A DNA stretch of 64,000 nt from Candidatus Marinacidobacterales bacterium (GTDB taxonomy: Bacteria; Acidobacteriota; Vicinamibacteria; Marinacidobacterales; SMYC01). How positions within the stretch are numbered: position 1 is the stretch's first letter; each line of letters opens with the position of its first letter. This document shows positions 38,041 through 46,230 of the stretch, piece by piece. A model generated the notes under the pieces. It ran no database searches and was not told where the DNA came from. It saw only the letters and a list, made by a program, of their open reading frames with translations. The stretch covers positions 4,704,001 to 4,768,000 of the forward strand of contig OZ250169.1 in the NCBI GenBank assembly GCA_965237955.1. The letters run 5' to 3'. The position numbers and the translations under genes were made by a program.

Positions 38041-41000
38041 ATGGCCCTGAACAAGGACAAGATCTTCAAAGCCGCAGACAAGTATATCCGCGCCAACAAG
38101 ATCGAAAAAGCCATCAACGAGTACGAGTCGTGGCTGAAGAAGAATCCCAAGGATTGGAACACCGTCCGCGTCGTCGGCGACCTGTACCATCGGATCGGCC
38201 GGAACGACGAAGCCATTAAGAGCTACTCCCTCGTTGCCGACGCCTACAAGCGCGACGGCTTCAACGTGCGCGCCATCGCGACCCACAAGATGATTCTGCG
38301 ACTCGATTCGCAGAACGAAACGGCGATGCGGAACCTCGCCGAGCTGCAGACGGAAGAAGGCCTTCTCATGGAGGCCAAATCGCACTACCAGACGCTGGTC
38401 GAGCTCTACAACAAGCAAGGCCACAAACGCCGCGCGTCTGAAGTCTTCAAGAAGCTCGCCGACATCGACCCTCAGGACGTCAAGGTCCGCTACAAGTACG
38501 CGGAATTCCTCAGCAAGCAGGGTAAGTCCGACGAGGCCTCGCGCGAGTACGTCGGAATCGCAGACCAGTTCATCGGTCAGGGACTCGTCGACGAAGCAGT
38601 CAAGATTCTAGAGCAAGGTCGCTCGCTCGACACTGCCGACCCGGCGCTGAAGATCAAGCTCGCACAAGCGCACACGTTGCAGGGTAACCACGCGCAAGCG
38701 GTGCGCATGCTCGAGGAGGTTCGGCAATCCCATCCGGTCGATCCGAACGTGCTTGGTCGTCTGGGCGAAGCGTACCTTGCTTCCGGAAACACCGCCGAAG
38801 CCGAGACCGCGTTCCAACAGCTGAACGAGGCCGAGCCCGGCAATCCGGACAACGTCATGCGTCTCGCCGATCTGCGGATCGCCCAATCGAAGTTCGACGC
38901 GGCGCTCGAGCAGTTGACGCCGCTCGTCGACAAACAGGTGGCGGACAACGAAGGCGGCAAAGCAGCTGAGTTGCTTCAAAAAGTGCTGGCCAAAGAGCCG
39001 TATCACGTCAAGACGCTCCTCAAGCTGGCCGAAGTTCATACGATCCTCAAACAAGACTCGGCTCGTTTGACCGCCTACGACGGCTTGTGCGAGGCGTACA
39101 ACCGCTCTGGAGACGTCGAGAAGGCCGTTCAAGTGGCTGAGCAGCTCGTCGAGCTCGAGCCGGAGAACGCGCAGCACAAGGACCGGCTGAACTTCCTAAA
39201 ATCGAAGCTCATCGGGCCGAAACCGGCAGCAACCGCACCGCCCTCCGCGGTTTTCGCTCCGTCTCCTGAAGTGCAACTGGATCAGGATCTGCCTGCCCTC
39301 GATGATCTCGGCGTGATCAAGGACGACGAGGTCGATCTCGGCCGAGCGGTTGCGGATAGTTTCGAGGCCGAGCTCACGCTGGACGTCGATGATCAGCCGG
39401 CGAGCGCCTCCGCTGCCGCGGCAGCCGACCTCGGCGACGTTATCGAGCTGACCCAAGAAGACGAAGAGAACATCAAGGAGAAGCTCACCGAGGCCGAAGT
39501 TTTCGTTCGCTACGGCTTGGTGGACAAGGCGATCGCTCAGCTTCTGGACGTCCTAGAGAGCTTCCGGTTTCACACCGAATCGCGGGAGAAGTTGATCGAG
39601 ATCTACAAAGACCAGGGCATGTCGGGCGAAGCTTCCGAGCAGCTCATGCAGCTGTCCCAGGTCTACGACAAGCTGGAGCGCCGTGACGAAAGCGTCCAAG
39701 CGCGCGAGGAAGCGACCCAGCTGAACCCGTCTCTCGCGGCGCAGGCCGCGAGTGCCGAGCTAGCGGCGCAGGAGGAGATCGAGCTGACGCTGTCGCCGGA
39801 AACGGATTCGGATCTCGGCGATGTGGACATCGATCTCGGAGCGCCTGCCGTCGCTCCCGAAGTGGCGATTCCGATCGCGGAGGCCGCGCCCCCCGTTGCC
39901 GAGGCGCCCGTCGAAGAAGAGATCGACATAGTCGTCGACGACGCTCCCGAAATCGTCATCTCGCTCGAGGAGAGCGCGGTGGAAGTTTCCGTCGACATCG
40001 AAGAAGAAATCCCGGTCGAGGTGGATCTCGGCGCTGCGGACGTCGACATCGCCAGCTCGGATATCGATTTAGGCGTCGTCGCTAACCTCGAAGAGCCCGA
40101 AGCGCCCACCGTTGAGCCCGACGAGCCCAGCCTCGATCTCGGTGATGCCGATGGTCTGGAAATCGAGATCGATCTCGACGTGTCCTCCGACGAGATTTCG
40201 TTCGACGTGGCCGGTGATGCCGGTGATGTTGTTGTCGAGGAAGACGCAGCCGCTCCCGTCGAAACCATAGGTCTCGGTGAGGCCCTCGGCGAAGAGCTCG
40301 ACATTTCCATGGAGCCTGATGAGCCTGACGCGGCGGACGAAGAGTTCTCACTGGAGATGCCGGTGGAGCCGCCCGCGGCGCCCGAGCTTCCGGAGATCCC
40401 TGAAATTCCTGAAATTGAAGACGAGATCGTGTCTCCGGATCTAGGAGGTCCCGCGGACGCTTCCGACGACATCGAGATCGACATCCCGTCGGCTCCGCGG
40501 CCGGCTCAGCCGCGTCAGGCCGCTAGTCCGCTCGCAGCGGAATTGGAAGAAGTCGACGAGTACATAGCCCTCGGGTTATACGAGGACGCGCAGGACACGC
40601 TCGGCGAGCTCTTGAAACAGCACCCAGGCAACCAGGATGTGCTTGCGAAGATCGAAGAGCTGGGGTTCTCCGCAGAGCAGGTTCAAAAAGGTCACGCGGC
40701 ACCCGCGAAGGCACCGACGTTCGCGATCCCGGTTGCGCCCGAACCTGTTCAGGACGAGTCCCCGCCGCAGGCTGAATTCGTGCCAACGGCGCCGCCTGTT
40801 GACGACGAGCCAGATCCGCTCGCAGCCGCACTATCGGACGCGCCGCTCACCGACGATGAGATCGGCATCGAGGCGCTCGTGTACGCACCGTCGCCGGAGC
40901 CGTCGCCGGCTCGAGCCGCCGCATCCGGGAAGCAGTTCATCGATCTCGCGTCCGAGCTCTCGGACGAGATCTTCGGGACCCAGAGCGTCATCGACGATGA

Positions 41001-41463
41001 AGAGGACGAGCCAGAAGGCCCGCTCACCGATCCCGGTCTCGATCAGATCTTCAAGGAGTTCCGTAAGGGCGTCGAAAAACAGCTCGGGACGGAAGACTAC
41101 GACACCCGCTACAATCTTGGGATCGCCTACAAGGAGATGGGGCTTCTCGACGAGGCGATCGCAGAGTTCCAGCTCGCGAAGAAAGACGAGCTCCGGGGGC
41201 TCGAGTGTTGCAGCATGCTCGGGTTGTGCTTCATGGAGAAGGGCATGCCGGACATCGCCATCAAATGGTTCTCCAAGGGTCTCGTGCTTCCCGGCCGCCG
41301 GGATGAGGAGTACCACGGCCTTCGATACGACCTCGCGCAGGCGCACGAGGCTGCAAATCAGCTCGAGCATGCGCTCGAGCTGTACATGGAAATCTTCAAA
41401 GACAACGCCCGGTTCCGGGACGTGAAGGACCGGGTAAGTGCGCTCCAAGCGACGCGAAAGTGA
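38041..41463 (+). CDS. Large TPR protein with acidic disordered linker, SgmX-like
   Basis: N-terminal TPR array, EAEVFVRYGL and EVDEYIALGL modules, long D/E/P-rich linker, C-terminal DYDTRYNLGIAYKEMGLLDEAI TPRs. Confidence 0.8.
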   Translation: MALNKDKIFKAADKYIRANKIEKAINEYESWLKKNPKDWNTVRVVGDLYHRIGRNDEAIKSYSLVADAYKRDGFNVRAIATHKMILRLDSQNETAMRNLAELQTEEGLLMEAKSHYQTLVELYNKQGHKRRASEVFKKLADIDPQDVKVRYKYAEFLSKQGKSDEASREYVGIADQFIGQGLVDEAVKILEQGRSLDTADPALKIKLAQAHTLQGNHAQAVRMLEEVRQSHPVDPNVLGRLGEAYLASGNTAEAETAFQQLNEAEPGNPDNVMRLADLRIAQSKFDAALEQLTPLVDKQVADNEGGKAAELLQKVLAKEPYHVKTLLKLAEVHTILKQDSARLTAYDGLCEAYNRSGDVEKAVQVAEQLVELEPENAQHKDRLNFLKSKLIGPKPAATAPPSAVFAPSPEVQLDQDLPALDDLGVIKDDEVDLGRAVADSFEAELTLDVDDQPASASAAAAADLGDVIELTQEDEENIKEKLTEAEVFVRYGLVDKAIAQLLDVLESFRFHTESREKLIEIYKDQGMSGEASEQLMQLSQVYDKLERRDESVQAREEATQLNPSLAAQAASAELAAQEEIELTLSPETDSDLGDVDIDLGAPAVAPEVAIPIAEAAPPVAEAPVEEEIDIVVDDAPEIVISLEESAVEVSVDIEEEIPVEVDLGAADVDIASSDIDLGVVANLEEPEAPTVEPDEPSLDLGDADGLEIEIDLDVSSDEISFDVAGDAGDVVVEEDAAAPVETIGLGEALGEELDISMEPDEPDAADEEFSLEMPVEPPAAPELPEIPEIPEIEDEIVSPDLGGPADASDDIEIDIPSAPRPAQPRQAASPLAAELEEVDEYIALGLYEDAQDTLGELLKQHPGNQDVLAKIEELGFSAEQVQKGHAAPAKAPTFAIPVAPEPVQDESPPQAEFVPTAPPVDDEPDPLAAALSDAPLTDDEIGIEALVYAPSPEPSPARAAASGKQFIDLASELSDEIFGTQSVIDDEEDEPEGPLTDPGLDQIFKEFRKGVEKQLGTEDYDTRYNLGIAYKEMGLLDEAIAEFQLAKKDELRGLECCSMLGLCFMEKGMPDIAIKWFSKGLVLPGRRDEEYHGLRYDLAQAHEAANQLEHALELYMEIFKDNARFRDVKDRVSALQATRK

Positions 41464-41527
41464 GATTTCCCTGAGGGTCCTGAGGGCTATTAGCATTGTT
41501 CCAGTTCGGCCGCTGGCGCGGCCTAGC

Positions 41528-41562
41528 CCTCCGCTCGACAGGCTCGCTGCGGAAGGCGGCTG
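41528..41562. repeat. Second copy of REP-like motif
   Basis: CCTCCGCTCGACAGGCTCGCTGCGGAAGGCGGCTG vs 17223-17256 (1 indel, 1 substitution). Confidence 0.75.
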
Positions 41563-41568
41563 CGCGCG

Positions 41569-41916
41569 GTGACCGTGGGAGACAGACAATGGTTCGTTCT
41601 CTACGTTCTCGTGTGTCTGGAGGTAGGTTTCTTCTTGATGCTGGTTCCGTGGTCGGCGATCTGGGAGCACAACTATTTTCTCGAGGCGTTCCCGGAGTTG
41701 AGGCCGTTTCTCTTGTCACCGACGCTTAGGGGTGCCGTCTGTGGGCTCGGTCTCGCAAACGTCTATCTCGGCGTTGCCGAGATTCTCAATCGCTTGCGCG
41801 CCGTGAGCGGTGGGCGCGCGGCTTACAACGCAACGAGCGAGCACGAGCACACTGGCCACAACCGTGACGCCGGCCCGTCCAAGCACGATGTCCTCGCCGC
41901 CCCCGAAGAGCGGTAA
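41569..41916 (+). CDS. Small 2-TM hypothetical membrane protein
   Basis: LYVLVCLEVGFFLMLVPWS.IW..NYF..RGAV.GLG..N. Confidence 0.72.
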   Translation: MTVGDRQWFVLYVLVCLEVGFFLMLVPWSAIWEHNYFLEAFPELRPFLLSPTLRGAVCGLGLANVYLGVAEILNRLRAVSGGRAAYNATSEHEHTGHNRDAGPSKHDVLAAPEER

Positions 41917-41918
41917 GA

Positions 41919-42050
41919 GCAGCATCCAGCATTCAGGTCAGTTCGCGGCGTCGCCGGTAGCGGGCGTTTTGCTTGCCGGCATGCCGAGCCCGACGAGCGA
42001 TGCGCCATTTACGGGCTGGGCGTGGTGTGGGCTGAATGCTGAATGCTGAG
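41919..42050. repeat. Inverted heptamer-repeat element, same family as 1346-1494
   Basis: CAGCATCCAGCATTCAG ... CTGAATGCTGAATGCTG; internal GCCGGTA...GCTTGCCGGCA. Confidence 0.8.
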
Positions 42051-42056
42051 TGTGCG

Positions 42057-42797
42057 ATGAACCTGCGTGAGATTCTCGACTCGTTGGGGCCGCATAGCGC
42101 TGGCAGCGACGCCGCGCGGCTACTCGATCATGCGGAAGCCGACGAAGCGCACATCCTTGCCTTGTTGAGGAAACGCGAGCTGGCGACGCCCGTGATCGAG
42201 GCGGTGGCCCGCCATGATCGCTGGAACAAGCGTCACGTCGTGCGATGCGCGATCGTCAACCACATGAAGACGCCGCGCACGTTGGCGCTCCGACTGCTAT
42301 CTTTGCTGTTCTGGAGGGAGCAGCTCCGCGTCGCCGCCAACATTCGTCTCCCCATGCCGCTCCGTTTTGCCGCCGAGAGTCGACTCAAAGAACGACTGCC
42401 CGAGCTCGAGCTCGGCGAGAAAATCTCCATCGCACACTCGGCGCCGCCCGGCCTGATTCCCGCGCTCGCCGCCTGTAACCATGCGCGGGTCATTCAATCG
42501 CTCTTGCGAAACCCGCGCATGCGCGAGCAAGAGGTTCTGGCACTCGTGAAACGAGACACGACCACGGGATCCGTCTTGCGGGTAGTCGCTCAGAGCGAGC
42601 GATGGGTCGTCCGGCCTCCGGTAAGGACCGGGATCGTGTCTCATCGAAACACGCCCGTTCACGTGGCGCTGACACTCGTCTCTCGCATGACACACCGAAC
42701 GCTGCGTGCTCTCATCAAGAACAACGAGCTGCGCCCAGTCGTCGCGATCCGCGTCCGTAAGATCCTTTCTGGCGAGGAGATAGCGTCCCCTCGTTGA
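42057..42797 (+). CDS. Conserved hypothetical helical-repeat (LRV/HEAT-like) protein
   Basis: Repeats of AIVNH.KTP / LLRNPRM / IVSH.NTP; LELGEKISIA. Confidence 0.72.
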   Translation: MNLREILDSLGPHSAGSDAARLLDHAEADEAHILALLRKRELATPVIEAVARHDRWNKRHVVRCAIVNHMKTPRTLALRLLSLLFWREQLRVAANIRLPMPLRFAAESRLKERLPELELGEKISIAHSAPPGLIPALAACNHARVIQSLLRNPRMREQEVLALVKRDTTTGSVLRVVAQSERWVVRPPVRTGIVSHRNTPVHVALTLVSRMTHRTLRALIKNNELRPVVAIRVRKILSGEEIASPR

Positions 42798-42822
42798 CAG
42801 GAAATTCCACGTCTGACACAAT
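42794..42822 (+). promoter_or_regulatory. Sigma70 promoter upstream of rodZ-like gene
   Basis: TTGACA-17 bp-CACAAT. Confidence 0.6.
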
Positions 42823-42915
42823 AGCCCTGTTAGGAGCGTAGCAGCAAGAAGGCCCCAGTCTGAGGGGGATAGCGGCATTCGGTCTCTTCCAAGCCAAAGA
42901 CTGGCCCCAATTCCC

Positions 42916-43782
42916 ATGGCGTCGCTTAGCGAGAAGCTGAGGCGCGAACGCGAGCTTCGCGGCATCAGTTTGAAGCAGATTTCCGACGATACGAAAATCG
43001 GAGTCCGTTTTCTCGAGGCTCTCGAAGAAGACAGAATCGAGCTCATACCGGGCGAGTTCTACCGCCGCTCCTACCTCCGCGCGTACGCACGGTATCTCGG
43101 ATTGGACGAGGACCGGGCCGTCAACGCGTATGCGTTTGTCCATCAGCAGAAAGACAGAAACGACGAAAGCCACGAGGGCCAAAACCGTCCTGGGATGGTT
43201 GCGTGGCTCCCCTGGGCTGTCGCTGCTTGCGTTCTCGCTCTCATTGCCGTGTTCTTCGCCCTCTCGAGCTCAGACCCCGCGGAGTCGGCGCAGAGTGCCG
43301 CGCCGCGCGCCACCAAACCCGGGGCGCCGGTGACGCATGACGCCAACGTTGCCACCGCCGGCGCGGGATCCTTGTCCTCCGATGGAAACGCCGATGCGGC
43401 CGCGAGCTCCTCGTCGTCGGCTTCCCGGAGCTCGTCGCCAGCCACCCCAAGTAACAATGTCCCGATGCTGACGCCGTCACGCGAAGGAGCGCCGGCCGAC
43501 GGAGCACTCCGCCTCGTCGTGGCTGTCGGTGAGTCTTGCTGGCTCGAGATTGAAGCGGATGGCGAGGTGGTTACCACCGGACTCAAAGAAGAAGGGTTTC
43601 GACAAGAGTTCACCGCCGATACCGAACTGCGGCTTTGGCTCGGCAATGCCGGCGGAGTGTCGCTCTGGGTCAACGATCAGCCGCTCAAGCCGTTGGGCCG
43701 TGCGGGACAAGTTCGCAAGGATCTGTCGATCACGCCGGACAACTTCATGGACTTCGTGAGCGCGGAGTCGGGGTCGTCATGA
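42916..43782 (+). CDS. rodZ: RodZ-like HTH_25 + TM + DUF4115 protein
   Basis: LRRERELRGISL..IS..TKI..FLEALE..SYLRAYARYLGLD; C-terminal CWLEI..DG..LGNAGGV. Confidence 0.88.
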   Translation: MASLSEKLRRERELRGISLKQISDDTKIGVRFLEALEEDRIELIPGEFYRRSYLRAYARYLGLDEDRAVNAYAFVHQQKDRNDESHEGQNRPGMVAWLPWAVAACVLALIAVFFALSSSDPAESAQSAAPRATKPGAPVTHDANVATAGAGSLSSDGNADAAASSSSSASRSSSPATPSNNVPMLTPSREGAPADGALRLVVAVGESCWLEIEADGEVVTTGLKEEGFRQEFTADTELRLWLGNAGGVSLWVNDQPLKPLGRAGQVRKDLSITPDNFMDFVSAESGSS

Positions 43783-44756
43783 GCTCGCCCCTCGTGACTC
43801 TGTTCTTGCTCACGCGTGACCGCGACGACGAGGTGAGCCAGCAAGCGGAGACGAGTCTCCATGTGCTGGACGAGGCGTCGCTCGTGAGCGTGCTGAAAGA
43901 GGAGGCCACTTCGGTGGACGTGCTCGCTTTTTTCGGCACTCGGGCGAGCTCCGACGAGGTCCAACAGGCGCTCGTCCGCAACGCGTCGACCCCCGACGAG
44001 ACGGTTGCGATACTCGTCCCCAAGCTCACCGAGACCAATCTGGAGTTCGTCGTTGTCAACCAGATGCGCCTTCTGAGGCACGCTCCCGTCCTCGCCGCTC
44101 TCGACGCCAACGAGAATCTCAACTTCGACCAGGAGCGGCGCATCAAAGAGCTCAAGTTCGACTTCAAGCTCGACCGCCCCGCCGAGGAGACCGAGCCGCC
44201 GCGGCCGGAACCACAAGCCCCACAGAAACTGGATCTGGGCGCGGGACCGGCCGAAGAAGAGAAGCCCCCGCCCCGCTCGACCGAGGAAGCGGCAGAGCTC
44301 TACGGCGTATCAGATGATACGGAGGCCACCGAGGAAGAGCAGGCGGAGAAGAAGAGCTTGGTGGCCGAGCTCGTCACCATGACCGCCGCCGAGAAGATGA
44401 TGAAGGCTCTGAAAGGCGAGCGCGAGGCGCGGATGATGCTCATCCGCGATCGAAACCGTACCGTGTGGAGTGCCGTCCTCTCGAGCCCCAAGATGAACGA
44501 ATCCGACGCCGAGCAGATTGCCAAGATGCGCAACGTCGCCCCCGACGTGTTGCGAGAGATCGCGAAAAACCGTCAGTTCGTGAAGCGCTACATCGTGGCG
44601 CACGCGCTCGTCAAAAACCCGAAGACCCCGCACGAGGTGTCTTCCAAGCTCCTGGCAAGACTCAAAGATCGCGACTTGAAGCGACTGATTAAGGACCGTA
44701 ATGTCTCTGAGCAGGTCCGTCGTCTCGCGCAAAAGCGTACGCGTACAAACAAATAG
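43779..44756 (+). CDS. Conserved hypothetical helical-repeat protein
   Basis: ALVRNASTPD, MT.AEK..AL.G.REAR..LIRD.N..V..AVL.SPK, LVKNPKTP; ATGA overlap with rodZ. Confidence 0.78.
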   Translation: MSSPLVTLFLLTRDRDDEVSQQAETSLHVLDEASLVSVLKEEATSVDVLAFFGTRASSDEVQQALVRNASTPDETVAILVPKLTETNLEFVVVNQMRLLRHAPVLAALDANENLNFDQERRIKELKFDFKLDRPAEETEPPRPEPQAPQKLDLGAGPAEEEKPPPRSTEEAAELYGVSDDTEATEEEQAEKKSLVAELVTMTAAEKMMKALKGEREARMMLIRDRNRTVWSAVLSSPKMNESDAEQIAKMRNVAPDVLREIAKNRQFVKRYIVAHALVKNPKTPHEVSSKLLARLKDRDLKRLIKDRNVSEQVRRLAQKRTRTNK

Positions 44757-44770
44757 CCGAGCTAGGATCG

Positions 44771-45372
44771 ATGACCGACGACTACTACGCAATCCTCCGC
44801 GTGGCCAAGACCGCGTCCACAGGAGAGATCAAAAAAGCCTACCTGCAGTTGGCCCGGGACAACCATCCCGATCGATTCAAGGATCCGGCCGAACGCGACG
44901 AGGCCGGTCAGCGGTTCCAGCTGATCACCGAAGCGTTCAACCAACTACGTGATGAGAAAAACCGTAAGGAGTATGATAGGGATCTCTCGAAAGTGACGAA
45001 GCCCCCCGAGGAGGAGGCTCGTCTGTATTTCAAGAACGGGGAGTTGCGTGAGCAAGCTCAAGAATACGACTACGCCTTGAAGCTCTACTACGAAGCGATG
45101 CGCCTGCAGCCGGACAACGTCGACTACATTCTCGCGGGGCGGGGCGTTTGTTGGCCAAGGACAAGGCCAAGCAGCGCCAGGCGGTGGACCTCTTCAACCA
45201 GGCGATGCAGAAGGACCCGACCTCACCCGAGCCACATCTCGAGCTCGGCGCGCTCTACTCGAGAACGGGTATGCTCGTCCGCGCCAAGCGGGTCTACGAA
45301 AACGCGTTGAAGCAGTTGCCGAATCACCCCGAGCTCAAGCGCCGCTTTGCGCAAGTCAAGGAGGATAAGTAG
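44771..45372 (+). pseudogene. J-domain (DnaJ) + TPR protein, frameshifted at ~45135
   Basis: DDYYAIL..EIKKAY..HPD; TPRs continue in another frame (LLAKDKAK..) after CGGGG CGGGG; may be a sequence error. Confidence 0.82.
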
Positions 45373-45380
45373 AGCTGACA

Positions 45381-46130
45381 ATGGTCGAATCACGTTCTCT
45401 CAGCGATGTGGGCCTCAAGCGCCCCATCAACGAAGACAGCTTCTGCTCGAACGATGACGAAGGTCTGTACGTGGTTGCCGACGGGATGGGTGGTCACGCT
45501 CATGGTGAAGTCGCTTCGCGCATTGCCGTCGACACCATCGCGGACTTCATCAAGCTCACGTCGGGCGACCAGGAGATCACCTGGCCGTACGGAATCGACG
45601 AAGGTCTCACCCTCAACTCGAACCGCCTCAAGACGTCGATTCGATTCGCCAACCAGAAGCTGCTCGAGCACACCCAACAAGAGTCGGACTGCGAGGGCAT
45701 GGCGACGACGGTGGTGGCGGTGCTCGTCGAAGAGGGCGTGGCGGACATCGCGCACGTTGGTGACTCTCGCGTGTATCTGGTTCGAAGCGGTGACATTCGA
45801 TGCCTTACGAGCGATCATTCCTGGGTGAACGAGCAGGTGATGTCGGGAGTCATCGACAGCGACCAGGCGCGCACCCATCCTCTGAAAAATGTCGTAACCC
45901 GCGCGCTCGGCGGCAAGTCGGATCTCGAAGTCGACGTCCAGACGCTCGAGCTCGAGACCGACGATCGGATTTTGTTGTGTTCGGACGGACTGACGACGAT
46001 GCTCGACGACAGTCAGATACTCGACATCGTGCTCGATGGAGGAGTCGAGGCGGCCGACCGACTCGTCGAGGCTGCAAATCGAAACGGAGGGGAGGATAAT
46101 ACGACGACGATTTTGCTCCGGGTTCCGTGA
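45381..46130 (+). CDS. PP2C (Stp1/PrpC-type) Ser/Thr phosphatase
   Basis: NED, VADGMGGH, HVGDSR, DHS, TRALG, CSDGL, GGEDN. Confidence 0.96.
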   Translation: MVESRSLSDVGLKRPINEDSFCSNDDEGLYVVADGMGGHAHGEVASRIAVDTIADFIKLTSGDQEITWPYGIDEGLTLNSNRLKTSIRFANQKLLEHTQQESDCEGMATTVVAVLVEEGVADIAHVGDSRVYLVRSGDIRCLTSDHSWVNEQVMSGVIDSDQARTHPLKNVVTRALGGKSDLEVDVQTLELETDDRILLCSDGLTTMLDDSQILDIVLDGGVEAADRLVEAANRNGGEDNTTTILLRVP

Positions 46131-46230
46131 TTTTGGGTTTTGCCGGCTTGCTCGAAAGCTCCGCCCCCCCGGACGTTTCGGGCATGCTGTTGGGGTAGGG
46201 GTCTCGATCATTAAAATGTACCGGTGAGCA

